Source of the DNA: Planctomycetota bacterium
Lineage (GTDB): Bacteria; Planctomycetota; SZUA-567; H5-PLA8
Direction: 5' to 3'
NCBI GenBank assembly: GCA_045863855.1
Contig: BTVV01000001.1
Location: 1 to 64,000, forward strand
Length of the DNA: 64,000 bases
Part shown: positions 1 to 8,735 of the stretch, piece by piece
How the letters are laid out: every line of letters begins with the position of its first letter
Position numbering within the stretch: the stretch's first letter is position 1
Translations under genes and position numbers: made by a program
The notes under the pieces: model-generated
Seen by the model: only the letters and a program-made list of their open reading frames with translations
What the model was told of the DNA's origin: nothing
The model's database searches: none

Positions 1-251
1 GCATGCGGTATAGGCATGTCAAGATTGGAATTAAGTTCCGAAATCGATAAAAAATTAAGCTTGTTGCGCACCCGCGTTAAGTCCCGTGCTCGGCCCTGCT
101 TTCGACACTTTTTAGCATGAAGAATTAAAGTCAATTCGAAGCGCGGGGATTGCACCGGGGAGGAAAAGAGGGTTTGGTTGCGCAAAAGGGCGCCGAAATC
201 GTCGCGACTCGGTGAGCCGTTCGGCGTGCTTAAGGCTTGAGGGTAGTAGTC

Positions 252-1085
252 ATGGAGCTGAATTTCCGGCAAAAAGCCGAGTTCTACGAACAAGGCTACA
301 CGGTGCTGCGCGGGGTCGTACCGAAGATCATGATCGATCAGGCGCTGCACGAGATTAACCATTCGTTGGGCGAAGGGCTGCCGAAGGAAGAGATTCAAAC
401 GCTGCGCGCGCGCAGCTACTGTTCGGAATTGCAGGGTACGGAGCTGTTCAAGGGCCTGTTTCAGGCGACGCCGGCGTGGGAATTGGCCGAGTCGCTGGTG
501 GGTAAGGGGAATCTGCTTAAGTCCGGCGGCGCACAGATCGCTCTGCGCTTCCCCGGCAGCAACGCGGCGATGCAGAAGCCGCCGAACCTGAGCTGCCATC
601 TGGACGGGATGCACAGCCCGCACAACGGCGTGCCGAAGGACGGTAAGTTTCACAACTTCACGGCGCTGGGCGTGGTTCTTTTAAGCAAGCTCGACGGCCC
701 GTACCAAGGCAACTTCACGGTTTGGCCGGGGACGCACCGGAAGTTCGAGAAGTTCTTCCGCGAACACGGCCCCGAATACCTGAACAACGAAGGCATGCCG
801 AAGATCGATTACCCAGAGCCGGTGATGTGCGAGGGAGAACCGGGCGACGTGGTGCTGACGCATTACATGGTTGCGCATACCGCGGCGCCGAACCATTCGC
901 CGCACGTACGCTATGCGACGATCTACCGCTTGAACCATGTCCGCCGCAGTTCGGAGAACGGTGGGCAGGGCGGCAACTACCCCGACGTGATGACGGACAT
1001 CTGGAAGGAATGGGACGGCATCCGGGAGATCATCCCCGAGGTCGAGACCAACCGCCGCGAAGTCAAACTGCACCCGGTGTATTGA
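252..1085 (+). CDS. phytanoyl-CoA dioxygenase (PhyH) family Fe/2OG dioxygenase
   Basis: F.EQGY.VL N-terminus, HxD (CHLDG), WPGTH, GEPGDVVLTH...H. Confidence 0.85.
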   Translation: MELNFRQKAEFYEQGYTVLRGVVPKIMIDQALHEINHSLGEGLPKEEIQTLRARSYCSELQGTELFKGLFQATPAWELAESLVGKGNLLKSGGAQIALRFPGSNAAMQKPPNLSCHLDGMHSPHNGVPKDGKFHNFTALGVVLLSKLDGPYQGNFTVWPGTHRKFEKFFREHGPEYLNNEGMPKIDYPEPVMCEGEPGDVVLTHYMVAHTAAPNHSPHVRYATIYRLNHVRRSSENGGQGGNYPDVMTDIWKEWDGIREIIPEVETNRREVKLHPVY

Positions 1086-1269
1086 TCCGCAGCTAGAGCA
1101 TTCAGGGGGCTCCCGTGAAGGCGGGAGCCCTCTGTCTTTTCGTGCGCGGCGGGAGGCAAGTAAGCGGTAAACGGCGGTCGGAAGACGGATAGGGCGGGCG
1201 GCGTTCGAGAGGCGATGGCGCAATTTCTTTTTATCTTCCATTTCCACTTAAAATTCGAGGGCTTCAGCC

Positions 1270-2022
1270 ATGAGCGGGATGACCGAAGAACAACGCTTTC
1301 TCTTCGACTTGCAGGGTTACTTGCTGGTTCCGAACGTGCTTCCGAAGGAGCAGGTCGAGCGGATGCGCACGCATATGGAGGAGCACGGGATCAAGGATCC
1401 CAAGAACAACCCCAACGATTCGCGCTTCGGGAATTTCTTGAGCTGGGGGGCGGAATGGCGCGAGCTGATCGATCATCCGAAGCTTTTCCCGCTCTTGGTG
1501 GAGCTGCTGGGCGACAACTTCCGGCTCGACCACGCTTACGGAATGGCGGCCTCGGCGAAGGCCGCGCCCGAAGCGCACGGGCTGCACCACCACGCCGACA
1601 TGTTCAGCTACGGCTGCTTCTACGTGGCGAATGGGCAGCGCATCCACAACGGGCTGATCGTGGTGAGTTTCGCGCTGACGGACATCGAACCGGGCGTGGG
1701 CGGCTTCTGCTGCATTCCGGGCTCGCACAAATCCCAGTTCAAAATGCCCGATAAATGGTACGGGCTGGCCGACAATCCGCTGGTGCGGCAGGTGCCGCAG
1801 CAGGCCGGTGACGTGGTGATCTTCACCGAATCGCTGACGCACGGCACCTGGCCGTGGACGAAGCAGACGGGCGAGCGGCGCAGCGTGCTTTTGAAGTACT
1901 GCCCGGGGTACATGCAGTGGAGCCAGAAGCCGATGAATGCGGCGCTGGAGGGTTTGACCGAGCGGCAGCAGGCGATCATGAAGGGCGCGTATGTGTGGCA
2001 GCGGCCGAGGGTGACGGAGTAG
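1270..2022 (+). CDS. PhyH family dioxygenase
   Basis: FDLQGYL, LHH motif, IPGSHK, AGDVVIFTESLTHG. Confidence 0.88.
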   Translation: MSGMTEEQRFLFDLQGYLLVPNVLPKEQVERMRTHMEEHGIKDPKNNPNDSRFGNFLSWGAEWRELIDHPKLFPLLVELLGDNFRLDHAYGMAASAKAAPEAHGLHHHADMFSYGCFYVANGQRIHNGLIVVSFALTDIEPGVGGFCCIPGSHKSQFKMPDKWYGLADNPLVRQVPQQAGDVVIFTESLTHGTWPWTKQTGERRSVLLKYCPGYMQWSQKPMNAALEGLTERQQAIMKGAYVWQRPRVTE

Positions 2023-2087
2023 GGGGGCAAAGAGCAAATCGTAGAAAGCGAAAAGTAATAACGGCGTCCGGGATGCGCTTGGCGATG

Positions 2088-2117
2088 CGTAAGGCGTAAG
2101 GCGTAAGGCGTAAGGCG
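2088..2117. repeat. heptamer tandem repeat (CGTAAGG)x4
   Basis: read directly between PhyH genes 2 and 3. Confidence 0.85.
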
Positions 2118-2212
2118 AAGTACGGCGGGATTGCACGGCGACGCAGAAGGGTTCCGGTGCGGCAGCACACGCTGCGGCCGGCGAGGCGATCGGGATTGAG
2201 GAGTTGGACCGT

Positions 2213-3124
2213 ATGCACGGCACCACGATAGGGTCGGACGAGATCGAGCAGTTCGTGACGCGGGGTTGGATCCGCTTGGACGAATGCTTCGAGCGTGGGG
2301 TGGCGGAGCGCTGGGTCGCGGAGGCGTTCGCGCGCGCGGGGATCGATCCGGCTCAACCTTCGACGTGGCCGAGGCAGCTACTTTTTTTGGGCCAGCAGTT
2401 CGGGATTAAACACGTTTACGACGTCGCTCGCTTCGCGCCGAAAGTCTGGGACGCGTGCTGCCGGCTGCTGGGGGGCGCGGAGCGGATCGACGGGCCGTGG
2501 CTGCAGAACGACGGCTTCATCGTCAACGCGCCCGATCCGGCGGGAGCGAACGCGTCGATTCCAGGCCCGGAATCGAGCGGCTGGCACGTGGACGGGGACT
2601 TCAATCACTTTCTGGACAGTCCCGAATTGGGGCTGCTGACGGTTTGGCTGTGGAGCGACGTGGCGGCGGACGGCGGCGCGACGTACATCGCGCCGGAAGC
2701 CTTGGGCCCGATCGCGCGCACGCTGCTGGCGCATCCCGAAGGGTTGAGCGCCAAGGCGTTGCGCCTGGATTACCGTTTCGGGCGGGAGTGCCGAACCTTC
2801 GTGCCGCTTTGCGGCCCCATCGGGACGGTGTACCTGATGCATCCGCTGATGCTGCATTCGGCGTCGGGGAACCGTTCGTCGAAGCTACGCCTGATCCGCA
2901 ACGGCGCCCCTTCGCTGCGCGAACCGCTGCGCTTCGACCGTTCCGATCCGGCGGCGTTCTCGCCGCTGGAGCGCGCGACACTGCACGCGCTGGGCGTCGA
3001 ACGGCTGGACTACCAGGCTCCCTCGCCGGATCGGCGGCATCCGACCGATCACGATACCGGCGCGCCGAAGCCGAAGCCGGAACGGCCGTCGCGGTCGAAG
3101 CGCCTGGCGCAGGTGACGGAGTGA
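2213..3124 (+). CDS. PhyH family dioxygenase-like protein
   Basis: QFVTRGW, WHVDGD, GTVYLMHPLMLHSAS; GAGGAG RBS before ATG 2213. Confidence 0.8.
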   Translation: MHGTTIGSDEIEQFVTRGWIRLDECFERGVAERWVAEAFARAGIDPAQPSTWPRQLLFLGQQFGIKHVYDVARFAPKVWDACCRLLGGAERIDGPWLQNDGFIVNAPDPAGANASIPGPESSGWHVDGDFNHFLDSPELGLLTVWLWSDVAADGGATYIAPEALGPIARTLLAHPEGLSAKALRLDYRFGRECRTFVPLCGPIGTVYLMHPLMLHSASGNRSSKLRLIRNGAPSLREPLRFDRSDPAAFSPLERATLHALGVERLDYQAPSPDRRHPTDHDTGAPKPKPERPSRSKRLAQVTE

Positions 3125-3221
3125 ATGGGGATGCTCCGCATTCAAAAGTAAAATGTAAAAAGGCCAGGGCCACGGGCGCAGGCCAACCTGTGTAGATGGT
3201 GCGGGCCGTTCAAACCCCAAT

Positions 3222-4268
3222 CTAAAGACTAAAAGTTAAAATCTCGTCATCTCCCGCGGCGCTGCAGGCGAGGAGCGTGGTTCCGGCGGTGTGCGCGTCG
3301 CCGGGCGGGGCGGGGCGGTACAGGTAGTCGTCAACATTCAGGAGCGGGCCGCAGCCGAAGCTCCCGTTGAGGACGGTGCCGTCGCGGGTGACGAAGCCGC
3401 AGAGGGCGGCGAGGGCGCGTTCGCCGGCGGCGCGGTAAGGATCGGCGGGCAGGAATCCGGCGGCGGCGGCGCGGAGCAGGCAGTGGGTGATGAGTCCGGT
3501 GCCGGTGGTTTCGGGGTAGCTGTCGGCGCGGTGCGGGACCTGATGCCACATGCCGCGGGCGTCCTGCAGCCGGAGTAAATCGCGCGCAAATTCGAGCAAC
3601 AAATCGCGCAGGATGCCGGCGGCGGGGTGTTCGGGCGGCGTGAGCGCGAGGCATTCGACCATGCCGCGGATGACCCAGCCCTGCCCGCGCAGCCAGGCCA
3701 GCGGCGCGAGAAAATCGGCGCTGGGCCCCCATCCGCGCCCCTGGCTCCAAAGGCCCGTCTCAGGATCGCGTAGCGCGTCGCGCTGGAGCTTGTACTGCGC
3801 GGCGGCTTCGTCGAAGAACCGTCCTTCGCCGGAAAGTTTCCCAGCAGCGGCCATACGCACGGCGTAAGCCTGGAGCATGTCGACGAAGATGCGCCCGGTC
3901 CACGGGCGGTGCACGAAGCAGGCTCCGCCGGCCGCGTCGCGCGGGACGTCTTTCAGGCAGGCGCGTGCGTCCTCGACCCAGCCGTCGAGCCAGGCGCGTT
4001 CGCCGCTGAACTGCGCGTAGCTGAGATGGATGAAGGTGAACGGGTTGCTGCGCCAAGTCAGCCCGTCGGCGGGCTTCCAGCCACGAAATTGAGTCAAAAC
4101 CGCACGCACAAATTCGAGCGGTTCGCGCGTTTTCGAGGCGGCTCCGAAGCGAAGCAGTCCTTCGAGCGCGAGGTCGTTGGTGTAATTGGCGGGGTAGTCG
4201 CGGCGGCGCATCAGGCGCGCGGCGACGCGCGCGCCGGCAGCGGCGGCGAGTGCGGGCAGCGGCCTCAT
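3222..4268 (-). CDS. glycoside hydrolase family 88/105 protein
   Basis: DPETGLW, WLRGQGW, LQDARGMWHQV, ETTGT motifs; overlaps upstream stop (ATGA). Confidence 0.8.
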   Translation of the reverse strand: MRPLPALAAAAGARVAARLMRRRDYPANYTNDLALEGLLRFGAASKTREPLEFVRAVLTQFRGWKPADGLTWRSNPFTFIHLSYAQFSGERAWLDGWVEDARACLKDVPRDAAGGACFVHRPWTGRIFVDMLQAYAVRMAAAGKLSGEGRFFDEAAAQYKLQRDALRDPETGLWSQGRGWGPSADFLAPLAWLRGQGWVIRGMVECLALTPPEHPAAGILRDLLLEFARDLLRLQDARGMWHQVPHRADSYPETTGTGLITHCLLRAAAAGFLPADPYRAAGERALAALCGFVTRDGTVLNGSFGCGPLLNVDDYLYRPAPPGDAHTAGTTLLACSAAGDDEILTFSL

Positions 4269-5221
4269 GCTCCGGCCCTCCGCGCGCGTTCCCAGGCTTC
4301 GTCGAGCGCCTGTTCGTAGTGGAAGCGGACGAGTTCGACGGTGCGGCGTTCGCGGGCGGCTTGCGCGGCGGCGGCGGTGAGCGCGATGGACTGGAGCCCG
4401 TCGAGCGCGTTGGTTTCGGGTTCGCGCCCGGTGCGGCACGCTTCGATCCAGTCGGCGAAGTGTGCGGCGGCCGGCTCGTTGAGCGCGCAGGCTTCGGGAC
4501 GCCAGGCTTCGCCGCGCGTGGAGACGAGGAGGCGGCGGTCGGCGCCGAGGCGCAGGGCGCCGTTCGCGCAAGCGACGCGCAGCGCCCAGCCGGCCGGGAT
4601 TTCGGGCTGCGGGCCGGGGAGCGTGGCGAAGACGAGCGGTTCGCCGGCGTGGCCGAACGCGAGGAAGCCGTGGGCTTCGCGGGCCGGTACTTCGGCTCGT
4701 GCAAGGCGGTCGGGCCGGACGCCGAGACCGATGGGGGCTTCGCCCATGATCCAGCAGGCGAGGTTGAGGAGCGGGAGTGCGTGGCCGAGGTAGCCGTCGC
4801 CGCCGCTCGCGCGGAGCAATTCGAGCTGCGCGGAGTGCGGGAGGCCGAGCGCGTGGTCGAGGACGATCTGGCGCATGCGGATGGCGGCGGCGTCGAAGCG
4901 CAGCGGAAGCCACGCGCCGATGCGCAGGTTCTTCGCGTTGGCGCGAGCCATAAGCGCGTCGAAGGCCGCGTATTCGACGGCGAAGGGTACGGGCAGGAGT
5001 ACGTGGAGGCCGCGTTCGAGGAGCGCGCATGCGTCGGCGGCGCGGCGTTCGAGGGGCGTGGCGACGACCGCGGCATCGAGCGCGGCGGGCAAATCGCCGG
5101 GGGCTTCGGCGGAGGCGGCGGGTTCGGCGTGCGGATCGGCGGCGGCGAGGCGTTCGAACGGGGCGCGGGCTTCGGCGGAGCCGAGGAGGCCGAGGCGGAG
5201 CGGGGCGGCGGTGGAGGTCAT
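4265..5221 (-). CDS. Gfo/Idh/MocA family oxidoreductase-like protein (degenerate motifs)
   Basis: LRLGLLG N-terminus, DAAVVATP, GLHVLL, C-terminal AAAQAARERRTVEL. Confidence 0.65.
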   Translation of the reverse strand: MTSTAAPLRLGLLGSAEARAPFERLAAADPHAEPAASAEAPGDLPAALDAAVVATPLERRAADACALLERGLHVLLPVPFAVEYAAFDALMARANAKNLRIGAWLPLRFDAAAIRMRQIVLDHALGLPHSAQLELLRASGGDGYLGHALPLLNLACWIMGEAPIGLGVRPDRLARAEVPAREAHGFLAFGHAGEPLVFATLPGPQPEIPAGWALRVACANGALRLGADRRLLVSTRGEAWRPEACALNEPAAAHFADWIEACRTGREPETNALDGLQSIALTAAAAQAARERRTVELVRFHYEQALDEAWERARRAGA

Positions 5222-5288
5222 GCGCAGCAGCGTAGCGCGGGGTCGCGCATTTGGGATTCCTGATTTCGGATTTTGAAGCGCAGCGGGC

Positions 5289-6113
5289 TTATCCGGCGGC
5301 GGCTTTTTTGCGCAGCGTGCGGGTGGCGTGGTTGACGATCCAGCGGGTTTCGTCGCGCGGGGATTCGCGGAGCCAGCGCTTGGCGAGCGCGCTGACCCAG
5401 TCGGCGCGGTCCTTGCTGGCGTCGTTGATCCAGTTGGCGACGCTGGTCTGAACGTAGCGGTGCGGGTCGGCGCGGAGCGGCTCGAGGAGCGCGAGGCCGG
5501 GTTCGGGGTCGCGCTTGAGCGTGTCGAGATGCGCGCACCAGACGCCGCGCGGGCGGGTGGCTTCGACGGCGCAGCGGCGGACGCGGAAATCTTCGTCGCG
5601 GACCCAGCGTTCGAGAAGCGCGAAGGCGCGGGGGAGATCGGCGGCGAGATGCGGGCGCAGGGCGTCCCAGGCGGTTTCGCGGACGGCCATGGAGCGGTCG
5701 GCGGCGAAGGGCTTGGCTCGTGCGAGCCTGCGCGTGAGCGGGAGTTTCGATTCGGCGACGGCGGCGTAGCAGGCCCAGGCGCGGACCGAATCGCTGGGAT
5801 GTACGGCGAGTCGCGCTTCGACCGCTTCGCGCCGTTTGTGGGCGTCGAGATGTTTGCGGAGCGCGGCGCCCATGCCTTTGCCGCGCGCGGCGATACCGAG
5901 TGCGGCGAGCGCGTCGGCGTCGCGGCCGAGGGCCGCGGGGTCGAGGCCGGTGTCGGCAGCCATGGCTCGCGCGAGTTTGCGGACGTCGATGGCGAGCCAC
6001 TCGACGAGCGTGATGGTTTCCTCGCGGCCGGCGTTGAGGGCGGCAAGAACGGCGGGCGGGATCTCGGCCATGCGCCGCGCGCCCTTGCGCCGGGGAGCGG
6101 GCTGGGCGGTCAT
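5289..6113 (-). CDS. DNA alkylation repair (AlkD-like, HEAT-repeat) protein
   Basis: RRCAVEATRPRGVW, DPHRYVQTSVANWINDASKD. Confidence 0.8.
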   Translation of the reverse strand: MTAQPAPRRKGARRMAEIPPAVLAALNAGREETITLVEWLAIDVRKLARAMAADTGLDPAALGRDADALAALGIAARGKGMGAALRKHLDAHKRREAVEARLAVHPSDSVRAWACYAAVAESKLPLTRRLARAKPFAADRSMAVRETAWDALRPHLAADLPRAFALLERWVRDEDFRVRRCAVEATRPRGVWCAHLDTLKRDPEPGLALLEPLRADPHRYVQTSVANWINDASKDRADWVSALAKRWLRESPRDETRWIVNHATRTLRKKAAAG

Positions 6114-6643
6114 TCTTTCAGGTTGACCCAGAGCTGGCTTTGGGTGACCCACTTCTGCGTCCCGATGCCTTCCTCGCCGATGTGTACCTGGTATTCGGCG
6201 AAGCCGGTGCGCGCGACGCGGACGGCCCACCAGATGTCGGCGAAGAAGGTGAGTTTGGGCGCAAGGTTCTCGGTGAGGTCGCGGGCGAGCTTCAAACTGG
6301 TGCTGGAGCGGCGGGACAGGCGCAGCGAATCGTGCAGCGCGGCCTGGTGGCGTTCGGGGACGGGAACTTCGCCGCGGTAGATGACGGCTTCGTCCTTGTC
6401 GACCCAGAGCGCGACTTCGAAATCGGTGCCGACGGGAATCTCGCGCTTGAGGATCACGCCGTCCTCGCGAAAGGGGACGGCGCGGTCGGCGGTGGCGACG
6501 ACTTGCTGCGCGCGGTCGAGGGCCGCGCCGAAGGGATCGAGGAAGGCGGCGCGCACGGTGATGGGCACGGCCAGCTTTGGCATGGAAATCTCCTTCGGCA
6601 CGGACTGAGGCAGCGGACCGGTCGGCTTGTTCGATTCGAACAT
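6110..6643 (-). CDS. hypothetical protein
   Basis: ATG with AGGAG RBS, GC3-biased codons, coupled to downstream gene. Confidence 0.6.
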   Translation of the reverse strand: MFESNKPTGPLPQSVPKEISMPKLAVPITVRAAFLDPFGAALDRAQQVVATADRAVPFREDGVILKREIPVGTDFEVALWVDKDEAVIYRGEVPVPERHQAALHDSLRLSRRSSTSLKLARDLTENLAPKLTFFADIWWAVRVARTGFAEYQVHIGEEGIGTQKWVTQSQLWVNLKE

Positions 6644-6803
6644 AGCGGCTTGCTCCTGGAGGGTTCGTTCGCAACCGTCCAAGGTAGCCGGTCCGATCGC
6701 GCGGAGTATGTAGCAGGCGTGAATGGCGTGCAAAGACGGAATTGGAGGAAGGCTCTTAAGGGCAAACGGCAAACTACAAACGGCAAGCACGGCCATTGGG
6801 GCT

Positions 6804-6890
6804 AAGCACAGTCCCGAAACCCTTCTTCGGCGATTGCTTGCGGGGAGCTGCGCAGCGCATTCGCCTTCGAAGCGTTTCGGGACAGAGCCT
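6804..6890. mobile_element. short MITE-like element (deleted copy of 10917-11082)
   Basis: inverted ends GTCCCGAAAC/GTTTCGGGAC; shares TGCTTGCGGGGAGCTGCGCAGCGC with the 10917 copy. Confidence 0.7.
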
Positions 6891-6932
6891 GGGCATTCTT
6901 GCTTGGAGCGGTGGGCGGTACGCAGTGCGTAT

Positions 6933-7388
6933 TCAGCGCATGCAGCACTTTTTGAACTTTTTGCCGCTGCCGCAGGGGCATGGATCGTTAGGACGGGTGG
7001 CGCGGCCTTCGCGCTTGAGGGTGTGGGTGGGGATGACGGGCTGGTCGGCGGCGGGGTCTTGTTCGCGTTCGGGACGCGGAGCGCCGCGTCCGGAGGCGGC
7101 GTTGGGGGGCCGGAAGCCTGGGGCGCGTTCGGTGTGCTTGGCGGCGCGTTCGCGTTCGGCGAGGCGGAGGGCTTCGGGCGGCAGCGCGTCGGTTCCGAGG
7201 ACGCGGCAGAACCAGGCTTCTAGGCCGAGGGTGTCGAGTTCGGCGGAGGACTTGCCGCGGGCGGCGGGGTTGGGCGCATGCTTACCGCAGGCTTCGCGGG
7301 TCATCGCGTCGGCATGGCAGCAGGGGAGGGCGTCGCGCGCGCCGAAGCCGAGGTGCGGGCACTGCGCGGTTCCGATGAGCGGGTCCAT
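6933..7388 (-). CDS. SEC-C motif protein
   Basis: C-terminal NDPCPCGSGKKFKKCC. Confidence 0.8.
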   Translation of the reverse strand: MDPLIGTAQCPHLGFGARDALPCCHADAMTREACGKHAPNPAARGKSSAELDTLGLEAWFCRVLGTDALPPEALRLAERERAAKHTERAPGFRPPNAASGRGAPRPEREQDPAADQPVIPTHTLKREGRATRPNDPCPCGSGKKFKKCCMR

Positions 7389-7554
7389 GGGGGGACTCTA
7401 CGTCGCTTCGCGGGGAGGCGCAACGCGCGGCGGAGGCGCTTACGTTTGATTGCGTACCGGCGGCGCTTGCGCTTGCAAGATTAAGTGAAAAGCTATAAAC
7501 CGTTTCGATCATACGCAAAAGGTATGCACGTAGGGCCTGATGGAAGGGAGTTCC

Positions 7555-8454
7555 ATGCCGCGGCGAAAACCCAAGTCTGCTTCGCCTCGTGCCGCGGCGC
7601 CGGAGCGGATGCCGGTGGGGCTGCATGCTGCGCGCTTTGCGTGCCGCTATCACTATCACGCTCGGGAGCGGCTGGCGGGGACGCCGGGCGCAGCTCGGGC
7701 GGCTTTGGAATTCGAGCGCCTGGAAGTGGCGTTGCAGGGCCGCGTGGAACTGACGGCCGGGGCTCGGACGTTCACGCTCGAGGCCGGGGAAGCGTACGCG
7801 ATTCCGGCGGGCGTGGCGCACCGGCGCACGGCGCTGGCCGACGAGACGCTGGTGCTGAGCGTGACGCTGGAGCGCGGGGATGCTCAGGCCGCGCCGGGGG
7901 TCGTGCGCGCGGGCGAGGACGGGGTGTGCGCGTCGCTGCGGGCGGCGCTGGTGGCGGTGCTTCCGGACGTTCCGCAACTGAACGAGGCGGAGCGCGCGGT
8001 CGTGGAGCCGCTGCTGGCGGCGCTGCTGGCGCGGCTGAGTCCGGCGTCAAACGAAGTTCCCGCGGAGGAAGGCGCGACGCGCACGCTGGTGGCGCGGGTA
8101 AAGGCGCGGATCGCCGAGGTTGGCGGGCGGCCGGTGACGGTGGCGGACTTGGCGCGGGAAGCGGGGTATTCGACGAGCCATCTTTCGGCGGCGTTTCGGC
8201 AGATCGAAGGCCTGCCGCTAAAGGGGTACCTCAACCGTTTCCGCGCGGAATTGGCGGCGCGGCATCTGGTGTACGGCGAGTTGAGCATCGGGGCGTTGGC
8301 GTGGGAACTCGAGTTTCCGGACGTGTACTCGTTCTCGCGCTTTTTCCGGCGGCAGATGGGCTGCAGTCCGAGGGCGTACCGTCGGCGGATGCGTACGACG
8401 CGTGCCGGGGCCCCAGCTCCGGGCCGGCGGCGCTTGGCGGCGGGTGCGCGCTAA
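7555..8454 (+). CDS. AraC family transcriptional regulator (cupin + HTH)
   Basis: LEAGEAYAIPAGVAH; LAREAGYSTSHLS; FSRFFRRQMGCSP. Confidence 0.88.
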   Translation: MPRRKPKSASPRAAAPERMPVGLHAARFACRYHYHARERLAGTPGAARAALEFERLEVALQGRVELTAGARTFTLEAGEAYAIPAGVAHRRTALADETLVLSVTLERGDAQAAPGVVRAGEDGVCASLRAALVAVLPDVPQLNEAERAVVEPLLAALLARLSPASNEVPAEEGATRTLVARVKARIAEVGGRPVTVADLAREAGYSTSHLSAAFRQIEGLPLKGYLNRFRAELAARHLVYGELSIGALAWELEFPDVYSFSRFFRRQMGCSPRAYRRRMRTTRAGAPAPGRRRLAAGAR

Positions 8455-8735
8455 GCGGCAGTCTTTTGTATAAAGAAACCCAACGTGCTCCCCAATATCC
8501 ATTGAATCTTCCGTAAAGAATAACCGGGACAAGCTCGAATATCGGCCAGTTTGCGTGGGTTGGGGTGCACTGCCTGTGGACACCTCCCCCCATGAACATA
8601 TAGTAAAAAGTGCGTACCTAAACGGCTCATTCGACCGCGGGATTGCTCTTCGGCTCCGTCTCGCGAACCGTTCAGGTGACGCCACTATAAAGGAAGGCCG
8701 GCCCTTATCGAACGGGCTGGGCATTGGGGAAACCG

